63,788 bases of DNA, filler included, from Cercozoa sp. M6MM (GCA_040357565.1; 11 parts of 11 records of this genome joined end to end with filler, not necessarily neighbours in it), one strand, 5' to 3'. Counted from the first letter of the whole stretch, positions 50,976 to 61,317 are shown. Notes: a model not told the origin generated them from the letters alone. A program made the numbers and translations.

Positions 50976-53330
50976 CCATGCACTGGCACACACGGGTCAG
51001 ACAGCCGATCTAGGCGTACCGATCAACGAGAAGCTGCATGTTGCGGAGTGCACGGTCGCGGTAGACGTTGTTGCCAGTGGAAACGGCCTCTGCCAATTGA
51101 GGACCAAGCAGTGTGTCCGAGCGACTGGCACACACCTCGGCCGTGGCGCGTCGGATCTCGTTGCTGGACACGAGCCACGCGTCGCCCGGAAGCGCCTGGT
51201 CCTCGACGCACCGCACGCCGAGCATAACGAGAGAGACGGCGTCGTGTGCCGACAGGTCCGGGTGTGTCTGCAGTACCGTCATGAGTTCTTGTCGCGCGTC
51301 GCTCGGCACCTGCTCTGACCGCAGCGTTGTCAGGAACGGCGTCAGCACCTCGGTGACAGCGGCATCGCGCGTGTCGTGCAGCACGCCCAGTGACAAGCGT
51401 ATCCGCTCCTCGAGCGGCGTGTTTTCGTGCTCAATCTACAGGCACACGTTGTAAATTGAGGTCAGACACGCACGACATCGGCAGAGGCAAACACACGATG
51501 GAGGACAGCAGCTCGGCAGCGGACTGGCCGTCGTCGCAAGCGCACAGCGCCATGGCGGCGTCACACGCGCGCTGTCGTGTCCGCGGGTCCTCCCACGCAT
51601 GAGTCGACACGAATGACGTGAGGTGCAAAACCGAGGTGGCCAATTCGACCCTGTTCAGAGACAAAAGTGCATCAACCAGACAAAGGAAAAGCCTGCGTCA
51701 CGTACGTTAGAGCTTCATCATCGATTTTTTGGGCACCGAGCAGCATTTCGTGCAGCGACGTGAGCATGCCAAGCAGCTCGTCCTGACTCACATCGTGCAA
51801 CAAAGGAGCCAGTGTCGAGAATGGTGCCGGTGGCTGCCGCATAGTCTCCGGTGCCTCCACATGCGCGTCAGACGAGGCCTGTAGGAGTGCATAGCACCAT
51901 TGCATTAAAATGAACAGATTCGCAGTGTGCCGTGTACCTTCTGCAGCAGGCTCAACGCTTCGTTGAGGCTGCCGTCCTTGATTTTGCTGAAGGCAGCTGC
52001 GAGGATCTGGCGCAACGAGCCACCACCAGAGATCGCGACGACGTCGGAGGGAAACACCTGTGCCATAAGACGCAGCCGCTCGTCGGTGATGCCGGAGTCG
52101 GCGAGCTTCGTCACCAGCACGCGCAGTGCCCGCAGCAGCGGTGCAAAACGCTCGCGATCGGCCTGTCGCGCGGGCGAGGTACGGATCTCACGCAGCAGCG
52201 GTCGCAGCGTGTGCAGCGACTGCATCAGCAGCTCCTGCGTCGGCTCATCCTCGACAGCCACGTGCACGGTGCGTGCGATGTGCGCAGGCGTACTCGACAG
52301 CAGTGACAGCGCATCGTGTGCTCGCGTTTCTCGTCCTGGACCGACCTGCGACTGCCGCTGCAAAACCTCCTTCGCTGTGTCGTCAATGTCCTACCCACAG
52401 CACACAATGATCTTCAAAATTATCAACACACACACACACACACACACATACACACACACGCACACACACACACACACACAAAGCAAGGAACCATCAACAA
52501 GGCCTGGAAAGTTCGCGAATCGGCAGGCACGGAACCGAGAAAACTCTCCTGCAGCGCCACGCGAAAGGTCAACGCGTGGTTCGACAGCACGGACAGGTCG
52601 CCCAGTGCTCGGTTTTGCAAGCCTTGCTCGACCTGAAAAAGGGACATTGAAAAGTGGAAAGTGACCCTCAGGATTATTGTTTGCAGTACCAAGTCAAAAG
52701 GAACAAACGGCAAATCCGAGCAGATGTCATGCACCTGTTTGTTAAGCATCAGTAATCCTTTCAGAAGTTGAGGCAATATGAACAACTCGCCTGCCACTCG
52801 GACAAGACATCAGTCTGCATCGTTTCCCATGGGCCATTAAGCTCTTCCTCCAAGGCGATTTTAAGTGGGCTCCTGCACATACAAAGGAGTCAAGTTAAAG
52901 TGCATCAAGGGCATGTGAAGACACTTACCATAAATCAGACACCGACGACGTTATGAGTTGGTACAGCACCTCATCCAAAATATCCTGTGGAAGTTGCTCA
53001 GAATCCAGGCTAACTAGAGACTCTAGTGCGAACTTGACACCCCGTCGCTCTGCCGCATCCAGCACCGATCTCGCTCGAGACGAGTCCACGTGGGAGGGGG
53101 CGCCTGAGGAAACAACGCATCTCATCGCGCAAAGCGTATAAATGGATGTGTATACCAGGCTGTTGTAGTTCGGGTGCTAATTCATTGTCAGGAAGCGGCG
53201 CAGTGGGTGAAGAAGACACGGATACACTCGCTGCCGTCACCAGCGTGCGGGCAGATCGCACCAGATCGCGCCGCTGGTGACTCCTTGAAGAAACGCAAAT
53301 ATTGCGCCATCTAGGAGGCTTTAGGGGCAT
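39110..53330 (-). CDS. Giant hypothetical alpha-helical repeat protein (estimated ~3500-4000 aa, several dozen introns)
   Basis: The junctions I checked (mainly 53330 to ~47000) splice in phase, and the exon chain continues to the stop at 39110. Arg/Ser-rich, acid-poor N-terminus; recurrent [LIV]PxxxW motif. A single-gene model was not verified at every junction. Confidence 0.65.
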
Positions 53331-53606
53331 TAGTGCATGGTCCGCACACTTCTGCTTTGTGGCGCGAGTGAAGGCCTCAATGTTGCGGCTCAGCCCACAG
53401 ATGTTGAGCCAACAGTTAGAATATGAGCCGATGGGCGCGTACGAACCATTCTACAGTCCCAAATCACCAAAGGTGTGGGTGTCAGTGTGGGGTTTCGCTA
53501 AGCGTACTTTGAAACGCGACACAATTAAAAACTGTAAGTGGTCTTCGCCAAGACCTGTATTTTTTAGCCTCGGTTACCATATTTGTTGTTTGTTATCGCA
53601 GAAAGC

Positions 53607-54413
53607 ATGGTGCTGCGCACAGGCCTCGTGTTCGACGAGCGATGCCTGCTACACCGTGTGAGTGATGGACAATTTGAGGTCAGCTCCGGTGTCGGCCATC
53701 ATCAGGTATATTTCCTTTTCGGCCACGTCCATGTAGCAAAGCAGCGAGTTTGTTCAGGAGTCGCCTGAGCGACTGCGTGTGCTGTGGCAGTTACTCAAGG
53801 CACACAAACTGACCGAAAAGTGCGAGCGTGTGCGGGCTCCGGTACGGCTGTGTGCATCCTATTGCTAGCATTTTGGCGAGTGGAATGAGGAGTGAGGTGT
53901 GTAGCCAGTGAAGCTGCCGCAGGTTCTTCGCGTGCACGATGACGACTTGGTGCGTGCGGTCTACTCGCTGCCGCGCTTGCTGCAGACGAGTTCAGGCGTC
54001 ACTTTATCGAAGACACCGATGAATGTCGACAAAAGCTCGGCGACGGCGAGTGCCGATGTCGGTGCCGCAGCCGCGACCGAGACAGATGAGGACGAAAAGA
54101 AGGACTCGGTCTACCGTCCCTGGTTGCCGAAGGAAGTAGTGCTGTCCACGGACATCCCTACGCCTGGTCAGACCCGACTGCTTGGTCATTTTGCCTCGCT
54201 GAACGAAGCAACGCCACCTGCCGTACCTGTTTGCCTTTTCTGTGTCGGTGTCTGCGCCTTGTAACGATAGTGTGTTGTGTTTTTCTTGTGTCTGCAGGAA
54301 CTCGAGCAGGCACCCCCTCGAAAATTTGCGGCGCACATCACGCCTACGAATGATACTTTCGCGTGCGGTGATTCGCTACTGGCGGCGCGTGTTGCGGTAC
54401 CCTTTGATGTTGG

Positions 54414-54469
<56 letters not shown>

Positions 54470-54569
54470 NNNNNNNNNNNNNNNNNNNNNNNNNNNNNNN
54501 NNNNNNNNNNNNNNNNNNNNNNNNNNNNNNNNNNNNNNNNNNNNNNNNNNNNNNNNNNNNNNNNNNNNN

Positions 54570-54609
<40 letters not shown>

Positions 54610-54907
54610 CTGTGTCTGTGTCTGTGTCTGTGTCTGTGTCTGTGTCTGTGTCTGTGTCTGTGTATGAGAGAGAGACAGCTCCCTTCCTTTACGTGTAGGC
54701 TGGAGGCACGATCGAACTGGCCATGCAAGTCGCAGAGGGCAAGTTGCGCAACGGTTTCGCAGCAGTGCGGCCACCTGGACATCATGCCGAGGACGGTCGC
54801 ATCATGGGTTTCTGCCTGTTCAACAACGTCGCTGCTGCCGCGGCTGAGGTGCGTGTGTCTGTGTCTGTGTCTGTGTCTGTGTCTGTGTCTGTGTCTGTGT
54901 CTGTGTC
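53607..54907 (+). CDS. Class II histone deacetylase (HDA1/HDAC6-like), 5' part
   Basis: [28 protein letters not shown]...[11 protein letters not shown] and [14 protein letters not shown]...[10 protein letters not shown]. Confidence 0.93.
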
Positions 54908-55122
54908 NNNNNNNNNNNNNNNNNNNNNNNNNNNNNNNNNNNNNNNNNNNNTTAATTAATTAANNNNNNNNNNNNNNNNNNNNNNNNNNNNNNNNNNNNN
55001 NNNNNNNTGTAGGGTAGGGTAGGGTGGGGGAGGGTAGAGCAGGGTAGGTTAGTGTAGGGTGGGGTGGGGTAGTGTAGGGTAGGGTAGGGTGGGGTATAGT
55101 AGGGTGGGGGGGGGGGTGAGAA

Positions 55123-56736
55123 CCTGAGCAATGCCGCCCAGCACGTCCACGGAGTGATGCGGCGTCAACACGCGCTCCAGCGCCTTGGCCACGGCGTCGC
55201 GCACCGTGCCTTTCAGAGTCGCGAATCGGCCCACTCGCTGTCCCACGAGATTCTGCCGCACCGACTCGCACAGTTCCTCGGCGATCTCACGTGCCACGTT
55301 GTTGCTCGCCAGTTTCTCCTGCAGCGCCTGCAGCGCCGTCTCCAAGTCCGAAGCTTTCCTGCCCACCACAAGCCCAATCACAAAGCAAAGCTTCACTCGA
55401 AACAAAGCAAAGCTTTCACTCGAAACAAAGCAAAGCTTTCACTCGAAACAAAGCAAAGCTTTCACTCGAAACAAAGCAAAGCTTACAGGGTGCCCGTGTG
55501 ACCTGCGAGCTTGCCAAACATGCTGAGCCACGAGCTGCTCGGCTTGTCCGACTCGAGTTCGCCCTCTGCGTTACATTGACACAACATTCTTTCAAAGTTC
55601 TTTCGAAGCAAAGCTTCAGTTGAAACAGAGCGAAACTCGCAAAGCTTCATTTCAAAAATTTAAGCGGAAAAAAAGTGAAGGCAATGCGAAAGCAAAGCGA
55701 GCTACCAGTCTCATCGTCAGAATCGACAAGATCGACCTTGCCATATTCGCGCTTTCGCCAGTCGTCGTCGCTCGAGCTGCGGCGAGGACCCGCGCTGCGA
55801 TCCAGCTGCTGCGCCATCTCGGAATCGAACTTGCCGTCGATACCCCAGTCACGCGTCTTCTTGCTGTCTGCTTTGCCATCTCGCTTCGGCTTCTGCAAAG
55901 CGAGAGCGTTTTGAAACAAAGCGAAAGATTTTGAAACAAAGCGAAAGATTTTGAAACAAAGCGAAAGCTATGGAAAAAACGAAGCGAAAGAATTTCGAGA
56001 TACTGTGCGATTCTGCGCTTGCATTCGCAGTCGCTCGCGAGTCGACATGAATTCGCCGAAATCAGGAACCGCTTCGCCGGTGCTTTCTTCGTCTTGAGCA
56101 CTGAGCGATTTCGGCGCACTCGACAGCGACGACGCGGATTTCGACGACGAAGCGGCAGTCTCAAAGCTGCAAGCACGAATTTCAACCACTCCGAAACAAA
56201 GCGCGAGAATTTCGAAACAAAGCGCGAGAATTTCGAAACAAAGCGCGAGAATTTCGAAACAAAGCGCGAGAATTTCGAAACAAAGCGCGAGAATTTCGAA
56301 ACAAAGCGCGAGACAGGGCGAAAGCTCGGACGTACCGAGCGAGCAGAGCGTCGTAGTCGGCGTCGAAGTCGACGCGAAAGAGACCGCTGGCGACGGCGCC
56401 GCGCTGCAGCGAGCGACGCACGCGACGCAGACGCTTGCAGAAGGCAGCGCGCGCGGCCGAAAGGAACTCGGCGAGCCAGGGCAGGCGCGCCATGGTGAGA
56501 TGAATGGCCACGAAGAGCAGACCTGGCGCCAGGTCGGCGTCGTTGGCGAGACACCAGTGCGCCGTGTAGTCGCCGCGCAGCGGCATCGTGCTGCTGGCCA
56601 GCTGCTGCTCCAGCAAAGCTTCCCGAATCACCTGACTCACCGCGCTCGCTCCCAGCTCCGCCTCGCTCTGCGCGTCCAGTGCGCGCTGCCACAGCACCTC
56701 ACCGCCCTTGCTCACCACCGCGAACAGGTTCAGCAT
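55123..56736 (-). CDS. SRPRA: Signal recognition particle receptor alpha subunit, 5' part
   Basis: SRX longin N-terminus MLNLFAVVSKGGEVLW, KKTRDW..LDRS linker, and N-domain LQEKLASNNVAREIAEELCESV...LERVLTP..SVDVL. Confidence 0.92.
55381..55482 (-). repeat. Intronic 23-bp minisatellite (ACAAAGCAAAGCTTTCACTCGAA on +)
   Basis: About 4 copies in an SRPRA intron. Confidence 0.9.
56192..56311 (-). repeat. Intronic 21-bp minisatellite (CGAAACAAAGCGCGAGAATTT on +)
   Basis: Five-plus near-perfect copies in SRPRA intron 1. Confidence 0.92.
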
Positions 56737-56989
56737 CGTCTGCTTCACAGGAACGGAGCTGCTGTTCTATTTTCCTCTTTCGAAAGTGTCCCCGCGGACG
56801 TTTTCTCAGATACAGTGCAATTCACCTCGCCTGCTAGGACACGTGCGGTAGCTTCTGTAACTCGGTCAAAACCCCAGAAAACGATTGCTGGAATTCCAGA
56901 GCCGGAAGTGTTTGGAATCAGGAAAAAAGGTGATCGGCAACGTGCCCCAGCCTGCTTAGGTCTTTTTGTTGTGCAGCACGGTTGCTACA

Positions 56990-57672
56990 ATGTCAAAACT
57001 GTCATCCCTTGTGTCGATTGGCTCAGGTGCTCTGGTAAGCTGTCGCCGTTTGCTTTTGTTTTCGTGCGCGAGAAAAATGAGCAAAAATGCCACATAAATC
57101 CGTTTTTGGCAGTTCGCCGTCGCTATTTTCATTCTCGCGGACGGCACGGCGTATGCGATTGAAAAAGACGACGACGTCCGTGTGAAGTTCGAGCACTGGC
57201 TCACGCTTGTTGGACAACTGATCTTTTTGATCATGCGTAACTCGGCCCTCGCTCTCTCTTTTTCCGTGTATCTTCATTTTGGTATTTGTGCGGCTCGCAG
57301 TGAATGGCATGTCATGGGAGCAACTCAACGCTAACTCAATGCAGTACGGTGGTGACACGAGTATCGCCACCAAGGCTCGTGCTTTCGCTCTGCTGGCTTT
57401 TGCAATCGGCTTTGGCTCACTGTGCCGTTTTTTTTTTTTTGCTCAGTTCTCGTGTGGTGTGCTCTGGGCTGTCCTTGGGGTATCCTTGAGTGTGTGTGTG
57501 CAGTATCGGTGCCATTTTCGCGTACATCAACAAGTGGGGCTGCGGCGACTGCAAGCCGCAGTCCAAGTGGCCAGGCGCGTCGATCATATTCTCCAACGGC
57601 GTGGCCTTCATCGCAGCCATCATCTGGCGCATCGGACGCAACCTCTTGTCGCCAAGCGACGCCATGTTTTAA
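56990..57672 (+). CDS. VPS68: Vacuolar protein sorting 68 / TMEM50 family membrane protein; 4 exons
   Basis: SGALFAVAIFILADG, MLNGMSWEQL, KARAFALLAFAIGFGSL and WPGASIIFSNGVAFIAAIIWR give four TM helices. Confidence 0.88.
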
Positions 57673-57794
57673 GACGTCGTCTTCAATATGTGTGAAAGCA
57701 ATTTCCGAACTGATCTCTCGTGAGTGAAACTCGACACAACTTAAACCACAACTCTCTAGTCTTGACTCTAGTAGTCTTGACTCTAGTCTTGACT

Positions 57795-58204
57795 CTAGTC
57801 TTGACTCAGCATGTGCGTGATCACGTCGCGCAAATCCTGTAGGAGGGGGGGGGGTAAAGGGTCAAGGAGCGTGTCAAGTCACGTACGTGAACAACGTCGC
57901 GCGACGGCTCCACCGACCAGGCAGCGTCGGCAGCGGCGGCAGCAGGCGCGGCACTGCGACTCACGTGCGCCAGCACGAGGCAGCGCATGCTCATGTGCCG
58001 CGCCACGATCACCTCGGGCACCGTGCCCCACATCGTCGCACCGGCACCCAGTGCCGAGCAGAAACGCGCCTACTCGAAGAAGGCTAGGGGCACAAGGAGG
58101 GGGGGGGGGTAAAACTACCTCGCACTTCGAGTCCAGCGTCGGCGGCGCCACCGAAGCGGCCACCGTCGTTTTTCCCAACTGCGCAGAATACAACAACAAC
58201 TGAC

Positions 58205-58250
<46 letters not shown>

Positions 58251-58261
58251 CNNNNNNNNNN

Positions 58262-58325
<64 letters not shown>

Positions 58326-61184
58326 CGCACGTCGAGCTCGCTGCGCAATTTGCCATTGTCGCGCAGTTTCTTCACCTACCAAAACAACAACAATACAACA
58401 ATAAAACAACAACAACAACAAAACAACAACAAAATACAACAAAATACAACAAAATACAACAACAATTAAACAACAACAAAACAACAAAACAACAAAAAAC
58501 AACAACAACAAAAACACAACAATAAAACAACAACAAAAAACAACAACAATAAACAACAAACCACAAAAACAACAAAAACCACAAAAACAACAAAAACCAC
58601 AAAAACAACAAGTAAAAAAAAAAACCAAAAAAAAACCAAAAGAAAAACCAAAAACAACAAACCGAAGCGTCGGCCTTTTCGCGCAGCAGCGGATCGTACG
58701 GTTGCGACATGTCAATGAAGCGAATTCCCTACGGGGGGGGGGGGGGGGNNNNNNNNNNNNNNNNNNNNNNNNNNNNNNNNNNNNNNNNNNNNNNNNNNNN
58801 NNNNNNNNNNNNNNNNNNNNNNNNNNNNNNNNNNNNNNNNNNNNNNNNCCCAAAAGGGGACAAGGCAAGGCAAAGCACCACATCGCCCAGTTGGAATTCA
58901 TCGCGCGCCGCACACACCTCCGACACGAAAATCACGCGCTGCACGCCGAGACCTGGGGGGCAAGAAAGATGGTAAGATAGATGGTAAGATAGATGGTAAG
59001 ATAGATGTTGAGATAGATGATAAGATAGATGGTAAGATAGATGTTGAGATAGATGGTAAGATATATGGTAAGATAGATAAGGGGAGGGGGGCAAACGCAC
59101 CCGACAGCACGCGCACCAGGAAGGACAGATTCCAAAAGTGACGCGATTTCGTCGAAGTCACCACGAGCACGCGCTGCCGCAAAAAAGCACCAAAAACGCT
59201 AAATTGCGCCGCAAAAACTTCTGCCACGCGAAAATACGATTTAAATTGACCAACCTCGGCTTCCGACGCTCTGCTACTCTCGTGCACACTTCCGTCGCCT
59301 GCTGCGCAGATTTAAACATACAAATACAACATATCTCATATCGCTATATACATATATATATATAGGCATCAAATATATGGTGTAGGGCACAGAACAAGTA
59401 CCACGAGTGGGCGACAGCTGCGCCAGACCCGCACTGCAACCCAAACATCAAAAACACCAATCACAAACCAATACAACGCCAAGACGCCAAAAAACTACCG
59501 CCAAGAATCGCCGAATCCGGGAGGACCGCCAGTTGCGTCGTCACGCCTGCCAAATCGCACAAACTCTCGCTTATTTGCACTTAAATTACGCCACACAACG
59601 CACCAGTGCGGCATAGCGTTCAGTTGCGCCCATCCAGTTGCCGGCGAGAGCTCACCCTTAACGAAAAAGAAAAAGACCGGAAATTAAAACCGCGCGGACA
59701 GGTCAGTTTGAGTCAAAAATACCGAACAAACGTCCTGGAAGCTCGCACCCGCCAGTACAGCAGTCGACAGACTGTCTGAACGACTGTAGCACACGGGAGT
59801 ATAAAAACAGCATTCTCCAGTTTTTTCCAGTTTTTTCGGTCACAAAAAAAGAAACGAAACAAAGCGGCTTACCGCAAGCGCAGCGAGTAGCGCAGCCACG
59901 CCACAGCCTCTTGCACCTGAGCACAGACACAACTCAGTCCAGGCACTCCCAGGGTCACCTTGCAAAAGCACAGGAGGTCACCTGATCAAAGTCGCCTTGG
60001 CCAAAGTTGTGCAGATCGCCGGCCGCAATGGCGCGATTCGCGTAGCCAGCACTGCGGCAAGCAGGGAGTATGGGGGGGGGGTAAAGAGAGACAAAGCCAA
60101 AGCCTACGTGATCACATCGCGACGCGGCGGCACCGGACGCGCCTCAGGCCACGGACAGTCGTCCTCGCAGTCGACAAAGCCGCGTCCCTCTGTCCGCGCG
60201 GACCCACGTGACCAGACTACCTCGGTACACATGGACTCGACAGCTGTACCTTCGGACGAGGCACTGGTCGACATCGTGACACTCTCCTGCAGCGCCGGCG
60301 CGTGCTCCAGCAGCTTCAGCAGCACCTGCTGCCACCTGTCTCNNNNNNNNNNNNNNNNNNNNNNNNNNNNNNNNNNNNNNNNNNNNNNNNNNNNNNNNNN
60401 NNNNNNNNNNNNNNNNNNNNNNNNNNNNNNNNNNNNNNNNNNGGGGGTATAAATAGGGGTATAATAGGGGTACAATAGGGGGTATACAGGGGGGGTAAAT
60501 AGGGGGGGGAGGGAGGGACAAGAGCCTACCGATCATGCAGCGGTCCGCACTTGAGGTACTCACTCGCCGGCATCTACATCACAGAGTGATCGCACATGGT
60601 GATCGGTCAGAGTGATCGATCAGCAGAACACGTGCACGTTACCAGCGAGGCCAGTGCCAACACGCGCAGACCCATCATGCGCGCCTTCGTCAGCGGCGCC
60701 AGCGACGTCACCGTCCACGCCTGCGCCGACGCCATCTCCACCGCCTTCCTGTCCTCGCCGGGGGGGGGGGGAAAACAGGGGGGAAACGGGGGTGTAAACA
60801 CGGAGGAATCGTGCCGATGAACGCGGATCCGAGTCTCGGCACACGCGTCCTTAACAAGGAGGTACGGTCGCAGTGTGGTCCATATGGACAGGACCATGTG
60901 GACAGGTCCATATGGACCACACTGCGACCGTACCTCCTTGTTAAGGACGCGTGTGCCGAGACTCGGATCCGCGTTCATCGGCACGAAGCCTACGTGTACA
61001 CACACACGTTTACCCCCCTGTTTACCCCCCTATTTACCCCCCTGTTTACCCCCCTACCATGCGCGCGGTCCATGTAGTCCTGCAGCACGAGCAGCTGGCC
61101 CGACCGAGCCGACCGACACGCCGCGCCGAACGCGTGCACCACCGTGCGCACGCCCAGGATCTTGGCCGACTGCAGCAGCAGCGC
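57795..61184 (-). CDS. Tandem purine nucleoside phosphorylase (PNP/MTAP)-fold protein with at least 2 degenerate domains; 5' truncated
   Basis: Domain B: VQEAVAWL, AVLAGAS, LGVQRVIFVSEVCA...FQLGD, RFIDMSQPYDPLLR, WGTVPEVIVARHMSMRCL. Domain A: ILGVRTVVHAFGAA...GQLLVLQDYMD, KARMMGLRVLALA. Confidence 0.82.
58190..58660 (-). repeat. (AAC)n and degenerate A/C arrays filling two PNP-like gene introns
   Basis: Visible directly; the arrays flank a 45-nt exon at ~58331-58375. Confidence 0.9.
58968..59078 (-). repeat. Intronic 12-bp minisatellite (GATAGATGGTAA on +)
   Basis: About 9 degenerate copies. Confidence 0.88.
60809..60986. repeat. Perfect inverted repeat with 81-bp arms (60809-60889 / 60906-60986) and a 16-nt loop
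   Basis: The arms read as exact reverse complements by eye; the loop is aggaccatgtggacag. Confidence 0.95.
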
Positions 61185-61317
61185 CTGCGGGGAGGGGGGG
61201 GGGGNNNNNNNNNNNNNNNNNNNNNNNNNNNNNNNNNNNNNNNNNNNNTTAATTAATTAANNNNNNNNNNNNNNNNNNNNNNNNNNNNNNNNNNNNNNNN
61301 NNNNAAAGGGGTAAGAC

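Noticed and set aside
55381-56311. CRISPR-like arrays
   Set aside because: The repeats are head-to-tail without unique spacers, lie in spliceosomal introns, and no cas genes are present.
57879-58913. Long ORFs rich in poly-L/V/C or CVCV/THTH from the ORF track
   Set aside because: They are translations of intronic microsatellites and N gaps, or antisense shadows of GC-rich exons.
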